From an archaeon 13_2_20CM_2_53_6 (lineage in GTDB: Archaea; Thermoproteota; Bathyarchaeia; 40CM-2-53-6): a stretch of 64,000 bases of DNA. Below are positions 55,280 through 64,000 of the stretch, piece by piece. A program made the translations under genes and the position numbers. A model generated the notes under the pieces. The model made no database searches. It had not been told where the DNA came from and was given only the letters and a program-made list of their open reading frames with translations. Every line of letters starts with the position of its first letter. Within the stretch, counting starts at the first letter, position 1. Location: positions 35,330-99,329 of the forward strand of contig MNDT01000006.1 of assembly GCA_001915065.1 (NCBI GenBank), read 5' to 3'.

Positions 55280-56441
55280 CTTTGTCGCCTCGTCCTGAGA
55301 GGTTCACGATGATAGAATCGCTGGTTGGATACCTTTTCGCCAGTTTGAGAGCGTAGCTCAGAGCGTGGGCAGGTTCCAGAGCCGGCATTATTCCTTCTTG
55401 ATCAGACAGTCTCTTGAACGCGTCCAGCGCATCATTGTCCGATACTGCCCTGTACTTTACTCTCCCAGTGCTCTTGAGATAGGCATGCTCTGGTCCAACA
55501 GCCGGGTAGTCCAGGCCCGCTGAGATGCTCCTAGTGTTCTGGACCTGGCCGTTCTTGTCTTGTAGGAGATAGGTTAGCATGCCATGAAGGACACCCTCGC
55601 TGCCCGCTACCAGTGCCGCTGCATGATGACCTGGTTGGATGTCTTGCCCTCCCGCTTCGACTCCGTAAAGGTCTACTTCGAGATCATGGAGGAATTGGTG
55701 GAAGATTCCGATGGAGTTGCTTCCGCCCCCAACGCAGGCGATCACAGCCCGGGGGAGCTTGTCTTCTCGCGCGAGGATCTGGTGTCGGGCCTCCTTTCCG
55801 ATGATGCTCTGGAAGTCGCGGACTATGGTCGGGTATGGGTGGGGTCCCACGGCGGAGCCGAGCAGGTAGTAGGTGTTCTCTACGTTGGTTACCCAGTCCC
55901 TGAGGGACTCGTTGATTGCGTCTTTGAGGGTTCTTGAGCCCGAGTCTACCGGGTGGACTTCGGCACCCAGCATTTTCATCCGGTAAACGTTGAGCTTCTG
56001 CCTTTCCATATCTTCGCGGCCCATGTATATCTCGGATTGTAGTCCGAGAGCGGCGCATGCCATGGCCGTTGCAACGCCGTGCTGCCCAGCCCCTGTTTCC
56101 GCGATGATTCTCTTCTTTCCCATTCGTCCGGCGAGGAGGGCTTGTCCGAGAGTGTTGTTGATCTTGTGTGCTCCGCCGTGAAGGAGGTCTTCTCTCTTCA
56201 GATAGATCTTTGCGCCTCGGAGATTCCTTGTGAGGTTCCGAGCGAGATAGAGTGGCGTGGGGCGTCCTGCGTAGGATTCCAGCAGATTCCTGAGTTCTTT
56301 CTTGAAGGATGGATCTCGTGAGTATTCGTCATACGCTTCTTCCAGATCCTGCAACGGCTTCATCAGGGTCTCTGGCACGTATTGGCCGCCGTACTTGCCG
56401 AACCTACCGCGAGAGTTTGTCGCGGCTTGCCTGATCTTCAT
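55245..56441 (-). CDS. trpB: Tryptophan synthase beta chain
   Basis: [24 protein letters not shown] (PLP lysine) and GGGSNSIG. Confidence 0.95.
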   Translation of the reverse strand: MKIRQAATNSRGRFGKYGGQYVPETLMKPLQDLEEAYDEYSRDPSFKKELRNLLESYAGRPTPLYLARNLTRNLRGAKIYLKREDLLHGGAHKINNTLGQALLAGRMGKKRIIAETGAGQHGVATAMACAALGLQSEIYMGREDMERQKLNVYRMKMLGAEVHPVDSGSRTLKDAINESLRDWVTNVENTYYLLGSAVGPHPYPTIVRDFQSIIGKEARHQILAREDKLPRAVIACVGGGSNSIGIFHQFLHDLEVDLYGVEAGGQDIQPGHHAAALVAGSEGVLHGMLTYLLQDKNGQVQNTRSISAGLDYPAVGPEHAYLKSTGRVKYRAVSDNDALDAFKRLSDQEGIMPALEPAHALSYALKLAKRYPTSDSIIVNLSGRGDKDVEIVARHFPQ

Positions 56442-57214
56442 GAGTTTACGAGTTCCCTGACTTTCTGCTCGACGTTTGAGGACTTCATTATGCAGGTTCC
56501 AACGAGAAAAGCTTGGGCGCCTGCTGTCTTGAGCCGTTTTATGTCGGCTACGGTTTCTATTCCGCTTTCGGAAACTACGGGAGCGCTAACGGGTTTGGTT
56601 TCTGCAAGAATTCTTTCTGTGGTGTCAAGGTCGACTTGGAAGCTGGAGAGTTTGCGGTTGTTTATTCCGTAGAGGTCTGGCTGAAGGGTTCGCACCTTTT
56701 CGAACTCAGAGGGCGTGTTGGCTTCGACTAGTACCTCGAGGCCTAAGCCTCTGGCTTCCTGCATCATAGTGGTAATATCAACATCCGTTAGACCTGCGCT
56801 GAAAAGTTCCGATATCAGGACGACCGTATCTGCTCCAAGTCTTGCGGCCGCTCTCAACTGTCGTGGGGATACGATGATGTCCTTCATTATCAAAGGCGCA
56901 ATCACACTCCGCGCCACTTCCGACAGAATGTTGAGGCCGCCCTTGAAACTTACAGGGTCGGTGATTATGGATAGCCCGCAGGCTCCGCCCGCTAGCATTT
57001 CTTTCGCGATTCTTACAGCTGGTTCATAGTCACGTATTTTTCCGGATGACGGAGATGCATATTTTATCTCGGCGATAATTGGGGTCTTCCCGCTTGCTCT
57101 TACTGCCCGGATCAGGCTTTTGCGTCTTCGGCTTATCGCAGTAACTGTGTCATAATATCCGGCGCCGACCCTTTCCCGGGCAAGTTCTGACAGTTCTGCT
57201 AAGCGGTCTGGCAA
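56438..57214 (-). CDS. trpC: Indole-3-glycerol phosphate synthase
   Basis: [29 protein letters not shown]-like INNRKL and ESGI. Confidence 0.9.
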   Translation of the reverse strand: MPDRLAELSELARERVGAGYYDTVTAISRRRKSLIRAVRASGKTPIIAEIKYASPSSGKIRDYEPAVRIAKEMLAGGACGLSIITDPVSFKGGLNILSEVARSVIAPLIMKDIIVSPRQLRAAARLGADTVVLISELFSAGLTDVDITTMMQEARGLGLEVLVEANTPSEFEKVRTLQPDLYGINNRKLSSFQVDLDTTERILAETKPVSAPVVSESGIETVADIKRLKTAGAQAFLVGTCIMKSSNVEQKVRELVNS

Positions 57215-57217
57215 TCG

Positions 57218-58267
57218 TTATGCCAGACTATCTATGCGCTGAGTACTTCCGCCCGAGAATTCAACCATGTCTTGTAGCGTCCCCAATGCCGCGCCATCGC
57301 TGATGATGTTGCTTGCGATCTCGATTCCATCAGAAAAGTCATGAGCTTTCTCGGATAGGATAAAGGCGGCAGCGGCGTTTGCCATCACCGTCTGGACGCG
57401 AGGATCGTCCCTACTCATCTTTCCGGACAGAATGCGGCTAGTTAGGCGTGCGTTCTCTTCTGGGCAAGAGCCGCCCAGCTCCCGAGGATGCGTCCTCTTG
57501 AAACCTAGATCTTCGGGTTCAATCTCATCTAGGACAAAGCTACCGTTAGTTGCTTGGAGAATCTCAGTCTTGCCTGTCAGAGATATTTCGTCAATGCCGT
57601 CTATGCCGTGGACTGTCATTACAGATCTGGCTCCAAGATTGAGAGCGGCTCGGGCCATGGGTTCGAGTAGATCTAGGTCACAGACTCCAATTAGCTGGGC
57701 GTTGGCGCCTGCGGGGTTGGTCAAAGGGCCGAGGATATTGAAGACCGTCCGTACCCCGATCTCCCTCCTCACTGGACCTACGTTCTTCATCGCCGGATGA
57801 AAATTTGGGGCATACAGGAACCCGATTCCCACCTCATCGATAGACCGTTCCACATTCTCCGGGTCCATGTCGAGGTTCAGTCCCAATTGTTCGAGCAGGT
57901 CCGCGCTGCCACACTTACTTGTGAAGGAGCGATTGCCGTGTTTGGCCACGGGTATCCCGGCTGCGGCGACAACGAACGCGCTCGTGGTGCTCACATTGAA
58001 CGTCTTGATCTTGTCACCTCCAGTCCCGCACGTGTCCACTAATAGGCCGCCTACGCTCGGGTGAATTCTCCTGCTGAACTCTCTCATCACACTTGCAAAG
58101 GCTGTCACCTCTTCCACCGTTTCTCCCTTCTTCCTCAAGACAACGAGGAACGATCCGATCTGAGCGGGGCTTGCCTCTCCCGTCATGATCTCCTTCATGC
58201 ACTGCGTTGCCTCTTCCTTTGTCAGATTCTCGTTCGCTAGGAGGGTGGAAATACACTCCCTGATCAT
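57218..58267 (-). CDS. trpD: Anthranilate phosphoribosyltransferase
   Basis: AQIGSFLVVLRKKGET, DTCGTGGDKIKTFNVST, NRSFTSKCGSADLLE. Start taken at MIRECIS; the ORF track extends to 58297. Confidence 0.9.
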   Translation of the reverse strand: MIRECISTLLANENLTKEEATQCMKEIMTGEASPAQIGSFLVVLRKKGETVEEVTAFASVMREFSRRIHPSVGGLLVDTCGTGGDKIKTFNVSTTSAFVVAAAGIPVAKHGNRSFTSKCGSADLLEQLGLNLDMDPENVERSIDEVGIGFLYAPNFHPAMKNVGPVRREIGVRTVFNILGPLTNPAGANAQLIGVCDLDLLEPMARAALNLGARSVMTVHGIDGIDEISLTGKTEILQATNGSFVLDEIEPEDLGFKRTHPRELGGSCPEENARLTSRILSGKMSRDDPRVQTVMANAAAAFILSEKAHDFSDGIEIASNIISDGAALGTLQDMVEFSGGSTQRIDSLA

Positions 58268-58626
58268 GATAGACATCCTCCCCAGGAATAGGCGCATTTC
58301 GCGAGTTGGCCTAGTTCCGCTATTGATTGAGCAAAGTTGTGTGAGGATTGTTGACGCGTGATCTCAGTTTGTTGGAAAAGGCAGACGGAAACTTGGTTAA
58401 TAGTGCGGTCCAGTTTTCTCAGTCGGTGGAGTGGTTGTCCAAAGTCTATACCCCATGGACGCAGCCTTGAGAGTTGTTCATACATACACTATTTATTGCT
58501 TGCGTGACCACTTCTGTACATATGAGAGTCGGAACTCGATCCTATTTCCAGAGGGAGCTTTGGCTTAGGATTCTTCCGAAAACATCCACATTGCTCGGTT
58601 CCTCTCTCCTCGCAAACCCGTCTCGG

Positions 58627-59439
58627 CTAAGTCGCTGCCATTGATGGCGCAGTACCTTCGGCCAGAATGGCGAGAGCTTGAGATGCACTCGCGCCGTGGT
58701 GAACAATGTCGACAAGCGCCCTTGTCATCCGAGTCGGGTCATGGTGCTGGAAGACGTTGCGGCCGATCGAGACCCCTGCAGCACCAGCCTTGATAGAGTC
58801 AGAAATCATCTGCAGCGCGTCATTGTCGCTGGAAGCCTTTGGCCCCCCTGCAATCACTACCGGAACCTTCACGGTCCCAACGACATTACGAAAGCTCTCG
58901 GTATCCCCGGTGTAATTGGTTTGTACGATGTCCGCGCCAAGCTCAAAGCCAAGCCTAGCTGCATGACTCACCACCTCATAATCGCCTTCACTCTGGATTC
59001 CAGGACCCCGAGGATACATCATTGCCAAAGCTGGTAAGCCGAAGTCGTCGCATTCCTCAATGATTCGGGAAAACCTGTCGAGCATGTCCTGCTCACGCTG
59101 AGAACCCACGTTGATGTGCACGGAGACGGCGTCTGCGCCCAGGCGTAGCGCTTCCTTGACCGTAGAGACCTGCGTCTTCCAGTGAGGATCAGCGGACAGT
59201 CGAGTTGCTCCCGAAAGATGAAGAATAAGGCCGAGTCGATTCATATCTACAGTCTTAGCGATTCCCGCGTGAACGAGAATGGCGTCAGCCTCGCCTTGCG
59301 AGACGTCGCCTACTATCCTCGCCATATCTTCCAGCCCATGTGTGGGTCCCGCTGAAACGCTGTGATCCATCGGTATAATGACTGTCCTATGGTCGTCGCG
59401 GAAGATCCGCCTCAGACGTCGGGTCTTTCCTGTTTCCGT
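58627..59439 (-). CDS. DhnA-type class I aldolase / ADH synthase (AroA') family homolog, possibly inactive
   Basis: Close collinear resemblance to ADH synthase / FbaB-type proteins (TVIIPMDHSVSAGP, AVSVHINVGS, MMYPRG, VVIAGGPK, GVSIGRNVFQ). The conserved N-terminus GKTRRLRRIF lies upstream of ATG 59370 with only ACG 59439 as a candidate start. The motif ADIVQTNYTG has Gln where Lys is expected. Confidence 0.7.
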   Translation of the reverse strand, partial: TETGKTRRLRRIFRDDHRTVIIPMDHSVSAGPTHGLEDMARIVGDVSQGEADAILVHAGIAKTVDMNRLGLILHLSGATRLSADPHWKTQVSTVKEALRLGADAVSVHINVGSQREQDMLDRFSRIIEECDDFGLPALAMMYPRGPGIQSEGDYEVVSHAARLGFELGADIVQTNYTGDTESFRNVVGTVKVPVVIAGGPKASSDNDALQMISDSIKAGAAGVSIGRNVFQHHDPTRMTRALVDIVHHGASASQALAILAEGTAPSMAAT

Positions 59440-59746
59440 TAGTCCATCACTGAATGTATTTTTGAGCCAGGGGGAATTCCGCGTTGACTATTGAGCAGCC
59501 TGCCCCGCCTCTGAGCGTTGTGTGCCAGAGGGATGTATTTGATGCCTTTCATGGCAGGGTCCTTTCTGATCCGTCCCACCCTGACGGTCATTCCTCCTCC
59601 CTAATGAAGGTCCAGCCTGGTCTGCGGCCGCTCTTGCTCACACTGCGACTCGGCTATCGAAAGCACCTGAATATGTTGGTATCGTTTCCCTCGCAATTTG
59701 GTTACTGCTTTATACGGAAGGACCGCACGATTAGCAGCTGATCGCT

Positions 59747-59923
59747 ATGCCTGAAAGGACAGAAACATCGCCGGCATCTCTGGCTGAAGTATTGGAGAAG
59801 ATTTCAGAGAAGGATCGCGCCTTCAACTTTGACGTCAGTCTGGAACTCACGACCCCCTCCTTACGTGTGGGGACCTTGAGAGTTCACGGCAAAGTGGAAG
59901 CCATGGCTCCCAGGAAGAAATAG
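59747..59923 (+). CDS. Possible 58-aa protein (below the ORF-track cut-off)
   Basis: Hand translation gives MPERTETSPASLAEVLEKISEKDRAFNFDVSLELTTPSLRVGTLRVHGKVEAMAPRKK, stop TAG 59921-59923. No family recognised. Confidence 0.2.
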   Translation: MPERTETSPASLAEVLEKISEKDRAFNFDVSLELTTPSLRVGTLRVHGKVEAMAPRKK

Positions 59924-60126
59924 TCTCCCTGTTCAAGACGATCGCACGATAAGAAGCGTTGCGAGCAAAAGCTCAGCCTAAGCCAACTCCTCCCCTTTTT
60001 CATAGAGCACTTTGCTAGAATGTTTTTGTATTCGATGGAGCCATGTTGGGTCGGCGTGGCTCTCGACTGGAGTGAAGGGAGTCGCAATATAGGCACACCT
60101 CGACAACATCGCGCTACGTAGCGGTA

Positions 60127-60660
60127 GTGGCTGTCCTCACAGCCATCTACGCCGGATACGGATACGTCTCCGGTACACTGCAGCCTCTAACAAAGTCTCT
60201 CGACCTTTTCTTCTTGCTCCCAGTCTTCTTCGCAATACTTGTCTCCCTCACAGGCAAGAAGTGGAGTTCAACTCTTCTCGGAACAATAGTCGGGCTCCTC
60301 TTTCTCTATCCGACAGCAGGAGTCCCGCTCTCCCCACACATTACAATCTCGCTGATCGTGAATGGGCTTGTTTTTGACATGTATCTTAGAGAATCCAAGA
60401 CCAGTCTGTATGACTTATCGAGAAGGCAACTTGTCACGGCGGGGGCGTTGAGCAATCTCGGGATGGCCGTTGCTGGGCTACTCGTATTCCAGATTTTCGG
60501 GCAGGCGCAACCTGCTTACCTGTGGGCTCTCGCCCTGATAGGGAATCCATCGGTAGGTGCTGGTGGAGGGTTCTTCGGAGCGATCGTTGTTGAAAGAGTG
60601 AAGGGGCTACAAACGAGAAGGGTTCTTGAAGCTACAGCGTCTACGAAGGTTAGAGCATAG
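60127..60660 (+). CDS. Integral membrane protein (5-6 TM)
   Basis: Hydrophobic throughout, GTG start. Possibly a small-molecule transporter component, but no family is established. Confidence 0.5.
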   Translation: MAVLTAIYAGYGYVSGTLQPLTKSLDLFFLLPVFFAILVSLTGKKWSSTLLGTIVGLLFLYPTAGVPLSPHITISLIVNGLVFDMYLRESKTSLYDLSRRQLVTAGALSNLGMAVAGLLVFQIFGQAQPAYLWALALIGNPSVGAGGGFFGAIVVERVKGLQTRRVLEATASTKVRA

Positions 60661-60763
60661 CTCGGTGTTGCAGGGCTCTTCTTCCGTGGCCTTTCCTGGA
60701 AACTGGATAGATATTAGCTAGGGTTACAGTTCACCCAAATCCAAAGAGTGGCCGTAGGTTGGG

Positions 60764-61222
60764 TTGTCGAAGACTGAGTGTGGTATGTCGAAAGCGGAGA
60801 ACGTGGAGCATTCCGATTCCGTTAGACCTAGACGTAAGTCGCTCTTCTTTTTCTGTACGTTCATATTCCTGATAGCAGCCGGGGTTGCGGTTGAATATGT
60901 TCACAGTGTATCCTTCCAGAACCTTTTGATCAACTTCCTCCAAGCCCAAACGTCGATGTTCCGAGTTACCCTGATCGCCTGTTTTGGGGGAAGTCTGATG
61001 TCAATTCCCCTTCTCCGCAGGCGAAACCAGAAGAGGAGAGTTCCAAATACCACTCTCATCACCTCTGCGGCGGGCAAGGTAGTGAGGGTTCACCCTCTAA
61101 TGATGACTTCGAGACCTTCTAGAGATTCGAGCTTTGTAATTCGGAAGACAAAGAATAGGGGGCGGATTTCAAGAAACCGAGCCGGAGAAAGGCTCCCTGC
61201 GACGCATCTGGAAGTGGACTGA
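60764..61222 (+). CDS. Questionable ORF: two hydrophobic segments and a very basic tail
   Basis: FFFCTFIFLIAAGVAVEYV and VTLIACFGGSLMSIPLL, then an R/K-rich tail. No other support. Confidence 0.25.
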   Translation: MSKTECGMSKAENVEHSDSVRPRRKSLFFFCTFIFLIAAGVAVEYVHSVSFQNLLINFLQAQTSMFRVTLIACFGGSLMSIPLLRRRNQKRRVPNTTLITSAAGKVVRVHPLMMTSRPSRDSSFVIRKTKNRGRISRNRAGERLPATHLEVD

Positions 61223-61366
61223 TCACTCTCCTATTGAGTGCTACAACTCTCTCCCGCAAGTCGACAGGCTCGCCCAATTATTACAACCAAGGCGAAAGGG
61301 TGCCAGAACTCTTAATGCCCAGTGGAAACTTCGAATAGTACCACCTCACAATAAGAGCTCTCCTCC

Positions 61367-63193
61367 ATGTGCGGTATCTTTGGCTGCGTTCTCCACGACG
61401 GTTCACAAGCTGCGCCGCTCATCCACGCAGCACTCAAACGCCTTGAGTATCGGGGTTATGACTCTGTGGGAGAGGTAACGATCGACGGAGACAAGCTCAC
61501 CGTCAAAAAGGACAGTGGTCGATTGGAGGAGGTTCATGCGAAATATGACCTCGACGATCTTCCCGGACCCGTTGGCGTTGGACATACTCGATGGGCGACT
61601 CATGGAAGACCAGTGTATGAGAACTCGCACCCGCTGGTTGATTGCAAGTCCCGGATAGCAGTCGTCCACAACGGCATCATCCAGAATTATCTAGACATTA
61701 AGCGAGAGCTGGAATCCAAGGGGCATCACTTCCAATCTAGAACTGATACAGAGGTTGTCCCTCATCTCGTCGAGGACTATCTCACCCAGGGAATGTCATT
61801 AGAAGAAGCATTCAGGAAGACGGTCAACCGGCTAGAGGGAGCCTATGCGATAGTTCTCACGAGCACTGAACAGCCGAAGACGATACTGTGTGCCCGCCAA
61901 GAAAGCCCTCTAGTGCTGGGTATCGGGGAGGGCGAATATTACTGCGGGTCGGACTTTGCAGCTTTCCTTCCACTCACAAGGAAGGCCGTTCTTCTCGACG
62001 AGGGAGAGATGGCCGTTCTCAACCCGAATGGAGCCAGGATTCTGAAGCTGAAAAATGCTGCTCCAGTCAAGAGAGACCCGATAACGATCACATGGGATCC
62101 GGAATCCGCCAAGAAACAAGGCTTCAAACACTTCATGCTCAAAGAGATTCATGAGCAAGCCCAGTCACTGCGGGACGCTCTCAGAACCGAGCAGCTCTAC
62201 TACGACCAGTTCGCCAAGAAGATCATCGAAGCAGACAAGATGTTCATCGTTGCCTGCGGAACCTCATATCACGCCGGACTCGTTGGCAGCCTCGCCCTCG
62301 CCAAGCTTGCTGGAATAAACGCGAGAGTTGTAGTAGCGAGCGAATTCTCCGAGGAGGCTCTCGACCTAGTTGGCCCCAAAAGCGTGATACTCGCGATAAG
62401 TCAGTCTGGAGAGACAATGGACACGCTCAACGCAGTGCGCGACGCCAGAGCCAAAGGCGCGACGATTCTGAGCGTCCTCAACGTTCTAGGCTCGACCCTG
62501 ATGCGTCTGTCGACCGTCTATATTGACCAAAACGCGGGCCCAGAGATCGGAGTCGCCTCAACCAAGGCATTCACCAGCCAGATCGCAGTCTTGCTCAGGC
62601 TCGCCTCAACCGTGGGCCGGAGAAAGGGAGAGGTATCAGCCAAAGAAATCACCGAGCTAGAGGCGGAGTTGCACAGGGTCCCAGCGCTCATCCAGACCAT
62701 CCTCAACACGAAAATCGACGAGATTCGAAGGATCGCAGAGGAATGCGATGCTGCCTCAAGCATCTGTTTCCTAGGCCGCGGAGTCAACGTACCCACAGCC
62801 CTTGAAGGACGCCTCAAGCTCCTCGAGCTGAGCTATGTTCCAGCCATCGCCTATCCTGCCGGGGAGAGCAAGCACGGCTTCATTGCCCTCATCGAGGAAG
62901 GATTCCCGGTCATCTTCGTGGCACCGAAAGACGAGACGCACAAACGCATTATTGGCAACATTATGGAGATGAAAGCACGGGGTGCTCGGGTCATATCGAT
63001 TATCGAGGAGGGAGACGAGGAGATTCGTAACCTATCGGATCGGGTCGTGGAAATCGGAGAATCCCTGCCGTCATTAGTGACCCCGCTGGTCTACGTAGTA
63101 CCTATGCAGCTCTTGGCCTATTATCTCTCAGTGATCAAGGGGCATGACCCCGACTATCCCCGAAACTTGGCGAAGAGTGTCACGGTAGAGTAG
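61367..63193 (+). CDS. glmS: Glutamine--fructose-6-phosphate aminotransferase (isomerising)
   Basis: N-terminal MCGIFG nucleophile, GHTRWATHG, two SIS domains, and a C-terminal ...LAKSVTVE. Confidence 0.95.
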   Translation: MCGIFGCVLHDGSQAAPLIHAALKRLEYRGYDSVGEVTIDGDKLTVKKDSGRLEEVHAKYDLDDLPGPVGVGHTRWATHGRPVYENSHPLVDCKSRIAVVHNGIIQNYLDIKRELESKGHHFQSRTDTEVVPHLVEDYLTQGMSLEEAFRKTVNRLEGAYAIVLTSTEQPKTILCARQESPLVLGIGEGEYYCGSDFAAFLPLTRKAVLLDEGEMAVLNPNGARILKLKNAAPVKRDPITITWDPESAKKQGFKHFMLKEIHEQAQSLRDALRTEQLYYDQFAKKIIEADKMFIVACGTSYHAGLVGSLALAKLAGINARVVVASEFSEEALDLVGPKSVILAISQSGETMDTLNAVRDARAKGATILSVLNVLGSTLMRLSTVYIDQNAGPEIGVASTKAFTSQIAVLLRLASTVGRRKGEVSAKEITELEAELHRVPALIQTILNTKIDEIRRIAEECDAASSICFLGRGVNVPTALEGRLKLLELSYVPAIAYPAGESKHGFIALIEEGFPVIFVAPKDETHKRIIGNIMEMKARGARVISIIEEGDEEIRNLSDRVVEIGESLPSLVTPLVYVVPMQLLAYYLSVIKGHDPDYPRNLAKSVTVE

Positions 63194-63205
63194 AGCAGAA
63201 CACCA

Positions 63206-63604
63206 GTGGCCGAGGATTCTTCTGAAGAGAAGAAGTCTCTCGAAGAAAAGGTCAACAAGGCATTTGAGGAAACTTGGTCCAAGGTCAACATCGCAGTAGA
63301 CTCCATCGCTGGACGACCGGGAGAGTCAGTGATGGCGCTTTGGTTGGCAGCCGAGGCCGCAGAGTACACCAGCGCTCTCTTTAGCCTAGCATACGGCTTG
63401 GAAGACCTGGACCCGGAGGTCAAGATCACCAGGGGGCGCGAGTTGCTGGGGCTTGTGAAGGATTCTATGGAGGCTTTGAAGAGGGCCCGCGAACTACGCC
63501 CAAAATCCGTAGCCGAAGCCTACACGAGCCTAAGGACCGCAGCTGGCTATCTGAAGGCGGCATACTTGGACCAATCCAAGAAAACTGCGAAGAAACCAAG
63601 CTAG
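63206..63604 (+). CDS. Hypothetical helical protein
   Basis: ORF immediately downstream of glmS. Charged, helical composition. No family recognised. Confidence 0.4.
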   Translation: MAEDSSEEKKSLEEKVNKAFEETWSKVNIAVDSIAGRPGESVMALWLAAEAAEYTSALFSLAYGLEDLDPEVKITRGRELLGLVKDSMEALKRARELRPKSVAEAYTSLRTAAGYLKAAYLDQSKKTAKKPS

Positions 63605-63655
63605 TCTTTAACTAGCACTCCACTCGGGTCGAGACGCTTTCGCGGGCGTCGCTGC

Positions 63656-64000
63656 GTGCTTCGTTCCATCACATGCTTCGCCGGGGGCGTCGGTGCCGCG
63701 CGCTTCTTGGAGGGACTCGCAAACATTTTCCCGCCGGAGAAGATTACAGTCATAGTCAATACCGGCGATGATCTCCAATACCTGGGATGCCATGTCAGCC
63801 CCGACCTTGACATTGTAACCTACGCGCTCGCTGGAATCGCCGACCGGGAGAAGGGATGGGGAATAGAGGGTGATACTCACAACTGCTTGGATCAGCTGGA
63901 ACATTACGCTGCTGAGACCTGGTTTCGGATCGGAGACAGAGATTTTGCAACCCACCTCCTACGGACAGCCTTTCTTCAGCAAGGCTTCAGCCTATCAGAG
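63656..64000 (+). CDS. cofD: 2-phospho-L-lactate transferase (F420 biosynthesis), N-terminal part; runs off the window
   Basis: Hand translation from GTG 63656 gives MLRSITCFAGGVGAARFLEGL...VIVNTGDDLQYLGCHVSPDLDIVTYALAGIADREKGWGIEGDT...WFRIGDRDFATHLLRT, typical of CofD. It is absent from the ORF track because no stop falls within the window. Confidence 0.8.
   Translation, partial: MLRSITCFAGGVGAARFLEGLANIFPPEKITVIVNTGDDLQYLGCHVSPDLDIVTYALAGIADREKGWGIEGDTHNCLDQLEHYAAETWFRIGDRDFATHLLRTAFLQQGFSLSE

Overview
The window is a contiguous piece of an archaeal chromosome. Hallmark genes are archaeal DnaG, a family B DNA polymerase, smc-scpA-scpB, GGPP-type UppS, GatD/GatE, Elp3, SRP19, ribosomal proteins uS11/eS8/eS30, CofD and trpDCBA. 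No rRNA gene or CRISPR array was seen. The outer parts (about 1-20.6 kb and 33.6-64 kb) are mostly housekeeping genes.

The stretch from about 20.7 to 33.6 kb looks accessory. It holds surface and membrane proteins and a HerA-like ATPase / NurA-like nuclease operon preceded by three paralogous winged-helix proteins, which is my best candidate for an undescribed system. It also holds a tRNA-Gly(UCC) that only folds if two non-canonical introns are removed. Directly downstream of that tRNA is a roughly 2.5 kb integrated-element remnant, bounded by a 14-nt direct repeat and ending in a truncated tyrosine-recombinase fragment. A doubly frameshifted Rieske oxygenase pseudogene closes the region.

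Other points worth a second look:
- Several conserved genes have N-termini encoded upstream of any ATG/GTG/TTG, repeatedly with ACG where Met is expected.
- gatD and gatE are in the same frame, separated by a single TAG.
- The PolB keeps its polymerase motifs, but all four exonuclease carboxylates appear substituted.
- A class I aldolase / ADH-synthase homolog has Gln at the expected Schiff-base Lys position.

All calls rest on reading the translations and DNA by eye. No database search or folding program was run, and start codons are often uncertain.
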